Shown here: in pieces, positions 53,572 through 64,000 of the stretch
Position numbering within the stretch: position 1 is the stretch's first letter
Layout: every line of letters begins with the position of its first letter
Assembly: GCA_965153455.1 (NCBI GenBank)
Contig: OZ234493.1
Location: forward strand, 10,344,213-10,408,212
Direction: 5' to 3'
DNA from: Sphagnum compactum
Taxonomy: Eukaryota
DNA length: 64,000 nt
Made by a program: the position numbers and the translations under genes
The notes under the pieces: generated by a model
Seen by the model: only the letters and a program-made list of their open reading frames with translations
The model's database searches: none
Told to the model about the DNA's origin: nothing

Positions 53572-56500
53572 ATGGGTGACAATCACATGAGTGTGAGACG
53601 GTTTAGGCGAATTCAACATCCTTTCTCTGGACATGCCTTGGATCTTGATCCCTTGGTACTACTATTCCTGACTCAGTTTCTATTCTTAGAATTCCACTTG
53701 TATGTTGAGTAAGTCACATCTTGTACCTCAGGTTTCCCTTCTACTAACATGTACTTGAGCTTTCATGTGCACATGGAATTACCTAAATCTTAATTTTCTT
53801 CCATTGAGCATTGTTGACTTCAAGAGCTCTGTGAATTGTGCCCCCGAACCTTTGGATAGTCTTCCTACTAACAGATGTGAATGGACACAAACTCCACATG
53901 TCCAAGTTTGTGCTATTCTTAGTTGGGGATGTATGGATGCAGCTTTACGGGAATTTGGACCAATGGCCACATTTGAAAGAGCTTGTCCAAAGCTACAAGG
54001 CAGACTGGTTAAAGGATGAGAGAAAATATGGGCACTATGAGTGCATTCCACCCCCTGTATTTGAGCAACAAATCTTTGAAGGACCTGATACCGATGTGGA
54101 AACAGGTGCAAATCCTAATCCCTGACCCCAGGACCTGCAAAATTGGGTGTAGTGCCTAGACCCTGGACTGGAGCTTTAGACTGGAGTAATCTGATTTCCC
54201 ATAGCTGTCTTGACAATTGAGTCTCTGTCTTGCATGCAGAATTGCGCCTGTCAACCAGGCATGCGACAAGTGAGGATATGGAGGATGAGGAGCCAAGCAC
54301 ATCTGGAAGGCAGTCATCGACCATCAATAGTGTTCCTGCACAAAAGGTTCAAACATGACAAACTTTGATTTTCAACACCTCTCACAGGTTTTTCAAATTA
54401 ACTACCAGTCAAGCAAACAGTTTGGTAGTTCTGTCACTGGTGTTGGTTCTAAATGCTGGGTGTATCTTTGGTTGCAGCATTTAGGTGGGCCGCCATTACC
54501 TGCATATGACCCTGTTTTCAATTGGGTCACTGAGAGAGCTTTTATATTTGGACAACGGACTTCAGAGCTACCAGCCTCACTATCCCCTAGGTTGGAATAT
54601 TTGTTCATGTATTGTAAAGTGTAGTACTTGTCATACAGTAGCTGCTCAAGTCTTGCTCATTCCATGCGTCCAAATTGGCTTCTGTGGATATTGCAATATC
54701 TCAGTTCATCAATTCATAGGATTAGGAGATGAAGTTGTCAAAGTAGCAGGATGGCACTCCAATGGTACCCGTTACTGTACAGGGACCTACATTAGATCCA
54801 CATTGCAGCCCATGGTGTAAGTGGCAATGTGGGTCCTCTGTATGTCAATGCAGGATATCAATGGGGCTAATGGGGCTTATCTGTGACCTTATGATGAGCC
54901 AAGATACCATGAGTGGAGGTTTTGGCTTTCCTAACTGGTTTCTACTGTTTGTGGCAGCAGTAGTGGGCTGAAGATATCCGTAAAGCTGGTGTCTTTGAAT
55001 CTTCAAGCTGGACTTGTTGGTATGTTTCCACAACAAGAATTGAACAGAATCCTTCATTCAGTTCTTGCCTTGGCTTGGATCTGATTAGCTTTTGTGTTAT
55101 CTGTTCAGTTATTTGTCTGTCACATAAATGGCCAAGGGTTCACAACCAAGGGAAGGCAAATAATGAACAGATCTGCTTTGTATTCTCTGGGGCTTGTCTA
55201 ATTTTCTATGATTTTCAGATCATGGCTGCTGCAGTAGGCTTGCAGTTGATAGCCTAGTTCTTTGCCTTCTTAGTTTATTCCATTTAGTTTTTTTCACTTT
55301 GTAGCCAAATGTATTGACTGGGGTCTATATGTTTTGGTCCAAAAGAGCCTGTGTATGGCACAATGTGTTTGTACAACAAGGACACACAGGAAAAGCTCTC
55401 AGAGGACTTCCACTTCCATTTTTTACCTTCTGACTTTCAAGATGTAAGATGACTGCTCCCCTTGCCTGTAGTAAATGGTAAACACAAAACAATAACTTCT
55501 TCCACAAGAGTTGTCAATTGGAGTAATAACTCTCGATACCCTTAACGACACATGGATACCTATGAGTCAGCAGCTCTTCTTTCATGGCTGAGACTACTGG
55601 GTGACTTTCTGTTCTCTGCATTGAAGTAATAAACAGTGCTAGAGTAATAGTGCAAGTGAATCGTTGTTGATTGACATGTTGGATCTGGTTTTCTTAAGAG
55701 CCTCTAAGAGAGCATATTTGTGGAACACAAGTAGTATCTCCTAAACCAGTTTCTACTCCGGCAAGCTGAGTATCTCTAGATGGGAGATATGTAAGGAAGT
55801 CAACATGTGGATTGCAGGAGGCAAGCGGGATTCAAAGGAGATCGGTGTTTTCATTGGAGGCAGCTTCAACTGCAATTTGTTTGTTGATCCAACTAGAAAA
55901 GCATGTAACTGAGGAAGCTGGTATCACACCCTCTGTCTATACCCGAAAAGAACCTGTAAGCTGCTCCACTTCAACCATTTGTGCTCCTACTCATATCAAG
56001 CACTGAATATGGGTAGTGGATTTTGATTATCCCGTGACTCCTCCATTGTTTTGTGGGCTCCTGCCAAGTGGGTGCACATCAAGTGTCATGTGTTGGATGG
56101 GTGTAGGTCCACTTGCTGGAAAGGGAGAAGCAGAAACTACAAGTATGGGCACGCATAATGCCATTTCGAGAGCCATTTGCATGGGCAACAGTTCCGCTCT
56201 TTGATGCTAATGTAACAGGTGGGATTGGTGGTTTTACATCACCAAGTAGCCCATTGCCTCAGCTGACACTCTTGGGATCTGGTCTGATGGAAGGATCCCT
56301 TGATGGTGATGAAAGACTGATTGCTGGTGATTCCAAACACCATGAGCCAAGGCAACATGAGCCTGTTCTTGTTGATGTCCCATACTTCAACCGTGTGAAG
56401 GAAAACTACACGGAGGAAACACTCCTGGTGGGCACATTTGTGAATTTTTCATGTCCATATTCTCAAGTGTTGGTGATTGTGTTGGTATCTTCGACCAGGC

Positions 56501-59500
56501 TCTTGTCAAGTTTCAACTGACTGAATTCATGATATAGGAGTAGTCCATCATACTGATCAGACACCCCAAATCCTGAACCCTGTGATTTGACACCTTGTTC
56601 CAATGTTGAAAATGTGTTTTCTGAAGGATCCAAAACGCTTGACACACAAACCTGTGAAGGCAACGCTGCGGTTGGAGGTGGAGAGACTCTCTGGAGGTGA
56701 TTTGGAGACTGATGTTCTCTCTGAGTGTGGCAGCTTCAATGGATCGATTGATGGTGAGGGCCGTGAGGCTTCCATGTCTAGACACTTACGAAATGGCTCA
56801 GCAGGGTATACAAAGGGTGGATTTAGTGGACGTTCCATATGGAGTGCTGGAGAAAAACATCGGTTTGGATATTCTGCCAGTGGAGGAAGCAGCTCTGAGT
56901 TTGGACGGCCTGATGTAGGTGGTTCATGCCTTAACCTTGAGACCCATCAGATGCCGAGTTCTAAGCCCCTTAAAATTCAAGAATATCAACTACAGTGTGT
57001 CACCAGCAGAGTCCTGTGTTTTGATTGGTTGTTATGGCTATAAAACATCATGTGAACTTGGCAATGGATGTGGTTTTGGAACAAGTTGTTGCAGAGGCTG
57101 CCCAATGTAGGGTTTTGAACAGTTGGTGTGGACAAGCACCTTCTAACTTGATGTGTTTCTTTCTGTGGGCATGATGCAGTTTAAGGCAGTTGAGTTTCGG
57201 ACATTGTCAAAGGGTGAGCCATTGGCACAAATATTGCATTGTTTGTACATATATCCTCAGTCAGTGAATCTGAGCAAAAAGCGTAACCTCTTTATCCGTG
57301 TTGAACTCCGGAAGGATGATTCAGACATCCGGAAACCGCCACTTGAGGTAGTCATTCTTTGTTTCGTTTTGTTTTACATAAACTCTTGGGAGATGTACAG
57401 TGTTTTTGACAACATCCTTGGTTTGCAAGAATTGGGTATAGCTCAAGTGATTCTTAGCTTCTTACTTTAGCTTTCAAAGCAAAGGTATTTGCAAGATGTT
57501 TGCAGGTAGGTCATTGGGTCTAATTAACATTGCACTGTACCAGGCTCTCTTCCCTCGGGATTCAGATAGTAGTATGCAGAAGTATGGACATTCCCAAGTG
57601 GATATCAGTACAAAGAATCCTCACTACCATGATGAATTCAAAGTGCGACTCCCTGCAGTTTTGACACCCAGTCATCACCTCCTTTTCACCTTCTTTCATG
57701 TTGACCTTCAGATGAAACTGGAGGCACCAAAGCCAGTAAGTATTGGAACCTTGTCTTCAATATTGCGTATGATCCTGTGCCAGTCTGATTCTCAAGCAAT
57801 TGGTTTGCCCTTTGCACCATTCAGATGTATAGCCAAGGATGATCCTGCAGTTGCTTCAGAGTCATTATCTGACTTCTCTTTCATCTGCTTGGGTGACAGG
57901 TGGTAGTAGGTTTTTCTGTGCTTCCCTTAATGCTTGCAGCGCAGTACGTACTTCCTCTTATTGTCTCCCTGTGTACACAGGCTTATGGCCAGTGAAGTCT
58001 CCTTACTGTTTTTGCTCTTTGTTGCTGAAGAGGCTTTGAAATTCAATGCTGGCCTGCATATTCTGGAGAAAATGATGCAGATGGCAGGAATCCATGTGCC
58101 AAAAATTGCCTTTTGTCACTGTTCCAAGCAAATATTTTTGAACACTGAGTTCAAATGTCTCTGTTATTCTACAGCATGACACCTAGAAGGGGATTACTCT
58201 CATGAAATACTGTGTTTAAGCTAATGCTTTTCTTTGGGCTGCAGGGTGCAGCGGTTAGATGGGACACTGCCTGTTGTGAAGGAACTACTTCCTAATTATC
58301 TTGATGAAAATGTCAAGGTACGAAGGCAATTGCTTTCTTTCATCTGCACACAAAATTGTGATTTTTAGGGAAATTTTTCTGATGTAGACAATTTTTCTTT
58401 CCTCCAAGATTGCTTGCACAAGAAAACTTCAGAGGACAAAACAAGAAATATTCAACCTGGAATTGCCGTACTGGTTTCTAAATACCATAGAGTTTTGGGT
58501 GCAGCGAAAAATGGAGTTTTTAGATGAAGGAAAAGTGGTGTTTAGACTGCGGTCACGCTTATGTTCATCCCTTTACTCTGTCAATGACAAAATACGGAAT
58601 TTTTTTGTGGAATATGACTGCTACATGTTGAAGGGTTCTACCACATGGGGGCCTGAACTCCTTGAGGTATGAATGTAGAACTCTGTTCATTACTGAAGTA
58701 ACAGTCTCTATAGGGGTTTGCTGGATATGGGAATGGATTTTCTGGAAGAAAGATGTTCTATGCTAGATTCTAATTTTCTCATGTTGTGTTCAAAGGCAAT
58801 CAATGGGTTGAAAAATGTGGAGTCTTCTGCTATCCCACAGTTTCTGCAGCCTATTCTCAATATGCTACTTCGCATGATAGGTGATGGGGGTGAGACACTT
58901 CAGGTAGGGCAACAATGATTCATGATCAAAATCAATTGAGACTAGTAATACAGTTGAATCTTGCCTACTGCTAATTGCTGGCACATTATCGTCAGTTCTG
59001 AAGATGTGAAACCTGCAAAACATTGCTGGCACATTATTGTCCAGTTTCTGGCAGATCATGCTCTAATTTCCTTGGATAGTGACATCTTCAGGTTGCAGCT
59101 TTTCGTGCAATGGTGAATGTAATCACAAGGTAATGAGCTCTTGCTAAGGATGTCAAGTTGTTTTAAACCCTTTTCTGTTGTCTTTTTCTATGTTTTCAGA
59201 GTACATTGTCCCAAGAGTGTTCTTAATTTTTTTGTAAGGTGATTCATCTCTGTGCTGCACAGTTTTCCTCTTCATCTTATGGTCTGTGAAAGTTCCTTTT
59301 CCGGTTTTATGATCTCCTCCTAGTGGCATTGGTGTTCTGTCAGATCCACTATGAATGAAACCTGTTTATGCGCTCTACTAAATATACTGCTGCTTAAGGC
59401 TTATGTCAGAAGCATGCACATGATGAGAGGCTTTTACAGAAACTGGTGCTAGCGAGCAATTTGAATTGAGTGGGTAGACAACCAAAAAATATTTGAAAAT

Positions 59501-62500
59501 TGTGCAGGGTACAACAAGAGTCTACTGATGGAGGGGATCGAAACAAGTTCTTGGTGCATTATGTGGACTATGCATTTGATGATTTTGGACGGCGCCCTGA
59601 TCCTGTGTACCCAGGCCTTTGCAATGTTTGGCGTAGCCTTGCACGTAGCAAGGTGCCCAATTTGACAACTCCCTCTGTTACTGTTTGGTTTTCCCACAAG
59701 CATTTCTAACATGTTAGAATACCTTTTTTGTGTGACTGTTTTGAAATTCAGATTCCTGGACCTTGATATGGGTTGTGCAGGCAAAAGGCTACAGAGTGGG
59801 TCCTGTATACGATGATGCACTATCTATGGCATGGGTGTTTCTAGAACTGATAGTGAAATCCATGGCCCTTCAGCAGTCTCGCACCTGCATTGATAATCTT
59901 CCACTTGGTAAGTGTTGAATTTGTAGGTGGTTGGTCAGAAAGAGTTGTGATGGGTAGCAACCACTGTAAGCATAGGAAAGACATTGTGAGGTGTGGGGTG
60001 TGGGAGTAGGGTCATAGTTGGGTTTCAGTGTTGCTGCTCAAGGTTCAACATTCAATTGTTATGGTGAATGCTGCAAAAAGAACCTGGTTGTATTACATGA
60101 GTGTTTTTTGTTACTGATATTTTTGACCATTGTGGATGGTCTATGTTATGGACCCTTGGCATATGTCTAGGAGAGGATCTTCCACCATTGCAGCTACATG
60201 ATGAAGTTTTTAAGAGCATTGGACAGCTTTATGATTGTTTGCTGACTGAGGTGCACGAGAGGTGCAAAAAGAACCTCCCACTTGCGAAACGGCTGAATGC
60301 CAGTATTGCATTTTTCTGCTATGATTTACTCTCTGTCGTTGAACCTCGACAAGTTTTTCAGTTGGTAAGCAAATCAAAATGTTGTGACAATTCATGTTTC
60401 TCAGAACTTGGAATGTTAAGTGCAGTTTTAATGCCGTAACACATGCATGCACTGCAGTCCAAATACAGCATCATAATTGTACTCTTGGCCATCATGCTCT
60501 CTGCATACTCTTGGACATCATCCATAATGGTTCCATGAGTGCTTTCAGTTCTCTATGTAATAGTGGTCATAACTTTGTCTGCTTTGATGTGCTCTCAATT
60601 TAGTGAGATAGAAGGAAAATTAACCATAGGTAGGTGCAGGGGATCCTTCGTAAGCATTTGCAGTTTTGGCAGGTGGCATTGTATCTTGACAAGTTTGGCA
60701 GTGTGTGTCAAGGAATGCTCCATGATTGCAAACTTAATTTTGTACAAATTGTGTCTGATCATGATCTCTTTCTCGAGTTGCCAGGTCGAGATCCCTCTGA
60801 GAGGTTAGTTTCTTATCACTTTTCTCTCAGTACGTGAACTTTATTATCTGTTGGCAAACAAAGCCTGTCTTCAGAACTCAAATCTGATATGATGATCTAG
60901 GTGATTTATGCTTTTCATGTCTCCTAAACTATTATGATATTCTCAGTGAAAATGCATGATGCTGTTGCACCCTAGATGTGCTAATTGAGGGGAATTTGCA
61001 GGAACTATTTAGCATCTGTATTTGTGCATGAGCTTTTTATCACCTTTGATCATGAAGATCCTGGCATGAAATCCAAGGTATTGACTAACCTTTCATGGCA
61101 TCATCCCAATTGCCAAACTGAAACTTGTTTGTGCTTAAGGCTATCAGTTATTCTTTGAAATGTTCCTAATAATGAAGTGGGTGATTGGGTGTGGCTACAA
61201 TGAAGGCGGCGCGGATGTTAGCAGCTCTAATGTGCAAGCATGAGTATGACTTGCGTTACCAAAGCCTTGATGACAAACTCTATATTGCCCAGCTCTATTT
61301 TCCTCTTGTTGGCATGGTAAGCATCCCAATTGTGAGCAAACAGTTCACACATGGGAACTTTTGTTCAAACCATCTTTCCTATGATGGCTACATACCTGAT
61401 CTGAAGTGCCTTTCAGCAAATATTTGTTCAGGCTCAAATCTGACATTCCATTCACCATTTTAATGAAGTAAAGGTATTTCAGTTCTCAGTTATCCTTGCA
61501 GCATTAAGCCTTAGCCTTTTCATTAGGGCTCATTATACCTTTGCAGGTCATTGTGGTCTCCAATCTGAATATCTAAGTTTCTATACTGTCAAACCCACAA
61601 CATTAAGATGACTTGGTCGACCAATCATCGCAAGTATGATACATGTTGGCTTCTGAATCCTGTGGAGAAGATGGCACCCACATTGCACTGTATACTGTTG
61701 TTGGAACCTATTCACTTCTGAGTAAGGAAGCATAGCCCTAAAGGTGACAAGATATTGTCCACAGATGTGGTCTTATTCTCATTCTCCCTCCTTTAATGTA
61801 GTCAACCTGATTGGATTTTTCAGGAACAACACCTTGTTGCCTTGGGGGTTGAACATCCCTTCTGAAAAATTATACTCTGGACTTTATCTGTGATGTTGTA
61901 GTTCATAGCTTTGAAGCTGGATTGACCCGTAAAGTACACAAAGAGTCAGTGGAATAAGAAACTACAATTTGGGATGACAGATATTGGAAGAGATGCCAGT
62001 ATTCTACAATATGAAGCCAATGGAGAAGCGAGAAGTGCTGGTGTGTGTGCTTCAGTATTTGCATCACTTGGATGATGTAACTCTCATCAAAGCCTGGCAA
62101 CAAAGTGCAGCTCAAACCAAGCTCTTCTTCAAGCTTCTTGAAGAATGCCAGGACCTCTTTGAGGTAATACTCCATTTTGGGTACCAGGGTTGTATCCCAA
62201 AATTGAGAGAGTTCTCTGGCTGAGGTGCCTTGGCTGTATTCTATGCTCCAGGGATCATCAGGATTTCCTGAAACCTCTTGTGCACTGTAAATTCATTTGG
62301 TGATGATTTCACCTATTATGTTTGTGTACATGTCACAACTGGTTTTGTGCATCTGTGTGCTTGATACTGTATACTTGCAGTATAAAAAGGCAGGTGTGGA
62401 TGGATTGATGGGAGCAATGACCTTGGCAGAACAAAGCACTGGGCCCATCCGATATTCTGAAAAATTATCACCATCTGTCAATATCTCTCTTATGGAGGCT

Positions 62501-63917
62501 TCTTGCCATGATGGCCGGGTATGTTTTAACACTCCTGAACAACTTACTAAATCAGTTTCAGAGCTTGTCTGGGGCAGCCTTTGTTCCTTGAGACTGGGAT
62601 AACTTTCTGGGGCCTACTGGAGTCATTTCCTTGTATGCTTGGCAGTAATGAAACATATTGGGAGGGTGGATGCACAGTGGTCAGGACCACACGCAACTCC
62701 AGAGGGAACAAGTTCATTTTGGAGGAGGGTGAGCCCACAGTTTGTATCACCTACAAACGGATACTCAATGAGGGATACTGTAGTTCAGGCCCAGGCAGCA
62801 GCAGCAGGGAAAAGCAATACTCCACTTCGCACCACCCTCCACCCTTTGCTCCGCCACAAACTGGTGCATCCTGGCTTTTCCATACTCGTCGTATAGTAAT
62901 GTTCAACATTCATGTTTTTAGTGGTATATTTATGAGCACTGTGTGTAAGCATGCAAAGCAATTGGAGAAGTCACAGGACACAGAATAAAGTGGCAACCTT
63001 GGATGGCTTTTTCTTAGCAATTACCACAAATTTACTTGGTTTTGCACTAATGTCACAGGAATTATGGGAGGAAAATTTGAGTGCCTCAGTGACTCTTCAG
63101 ATAATGGAAGTAATGGAGAAATTCTTGGAGGCAGTGGCTGCAGGCAAAGTTATGACTGATTATGTCAAACTGGATTGCATTGCGACGATATTCACAGGGT
63201 TCTTAAGCCGAAGTCAACCATTACCATTCTGGAAGGCATTTATTCCTGTTTTCAGCAAACTATTTAAAACTCATGGAGCCACTCTGATGGGCCGGGAAAA
63301 TGATCGCTTTCTAAAGCAGGTTGTATTTCATCTGCTACGGCTTGCAGTTTTCCGGAATGATTCCATACGGGAAAGAGCTGTTGTTGGCCTCCAACTGCTT
63401 GTCAGAGTAGGTTTCTTCATCTCTCTTTGTTGCAAGGTCTGGGTTTAGTTCATGACTAGCATTGCCTGCATGGAATTCTCATACTTTCCTTTCAGGGAAA
63501 AAACATATGTTCCTTTGTTTTCTGTGTCTGTTGCAAAATTGACCAGGTGTCATAAGTAACTAACAACAGGTTTTCTTGTCACAGACGTCATTCTACTATT
63601 TCCAGAACATTGCACGACTACGGGTGATGCTCACAATAACCCTGTCCGAACTGATGTCAGATGTTCAAGTAACTCAAACAAGGATGGATGGGCGATTAGA
63701 GGAAAGTGCAGAGGCTCAAAGGCTGCGTAAATCACTCCAGCAAATGGGTGCTGGGAGTCTAAGTCCTCATCTCCTGGAGGAATGTGGTGTTTATGGGAGT
63801 CCCCTGGAGGTGACACCAGAGGGTTCATCAGAAGATTTATGGCACTGGTCAGAAATGGCTGACCTTGCTACCACTCTTCTCAAGGCTTTGGATGCTGCCA
63901 CTCAGCATGCACTTCTT
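53572..63917 (+). CDS. SPK1: SPIKE1-like DOCK-family guanine nucleotide exchange factor for ROP GTPases; 27 coding exons visible, 3' part (including the DHR2 catalytic domain) runs off the window
   Basis: Manual splice model, all introns GT-AG, phases consistent, 4128 nt = 1376 codons. Exons: 53572-53655, 53943-54105, 54240-54346, 54478-54590, 54961-55019, 55346-55443, 55818-55955, 56107-56427, 56627-56914, 57180-57347, 57544-57735, 57900-57943, 58245-58317, 58505-58666, 58796-58903, 59092-59129, 59508-59652, 59781-59907, 60171-60364, 60673-60803, 61002-61077, 61206-61316, 61981-62163, 62381-62518, 62678-62863, 63059-63406, 63585-63917. Peptides recognisable from plant SPK1: LDQWPHLKELVQSY..KDERKYGHYE..QIFEGPDTDVET, EREKQKLQVWARIMPFREPFAWA, DHR1/C2 region HCLYIYP..KRNLFIRVELRKDD..YHDEFKVRLP..HHLLFTFFHVDLQMKLEAPKP, AKGYRVGPVYDD, KHEYDLRYQ..KLYIAQLYFP, ENDRFLKQVVFHLLRLAVFRN. 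Confidence 0.96.
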
Positions 63918-64000
63918 GTAAGCCACAGTATCCTGTCTTTACTTAGGACCCAAAACTAGGTTTGTTCTTGCATGTATGAACTACCAACTTGTGTACTGCC

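Noticed and set aside
56490..56505. miR166-like sequence TCGACCAGGCTCTT in an SPK1 intron
   Set aside because: Partial match only, and no complementary arm nearby.
58974..59060. Short direct repeat ATTGCTGGCACATTAT x2 in SPK1 intron 15
   Set aside because: Ordinary local intronic duplication with no evident function.
53656..63584. U12-type or GC-AG introns in SPK1 (and EI24)
   Set aside because: All modelled introns begin GT and end AG; no RTATCCTT donor was seen.

Overview
AT-rich, intron-containing eukaryotic nuclear DNA from a land plant. A bryophyte such as peat moss is my inference from the repeat style and protein divergence; it is not proven. Two spliced protein-coding genes can be rebuilt exon by exon with consistent GT-AG phases, and they are divergently oriented. 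One is a complete 11-exon EI24 (etoposide-induced 2.4/EPG4) homolog on the minus strand (33339-38465, 357 aa). The other is the 5' 27 coding exons of a SPIKE1-type DOCK-family ROP GEF on the plus strand (53572 to beyond the window end; 1376 codons visible). The rest is mostly transposon-derived: a 5'-truncated LINE with a TSD, an RLE-type LINE remnant, a hAT transposase remnant, and several MITE families, some nested, whose TIRs and TSDs can be read directly. The most unusual structure is a pair of adjacent near-perfect hairpins (22936-23070) whose loops are mutually complementary plant telomeric repeats, next to a GC-rich, fold-back-rich island. No rRNA, tRNA, snRNA or CRISPR array was seen. 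Most ORFs in the supplied track are spurious or are single exons. I found no convincing new multi-gene system; the findings are leads, not discoveries.
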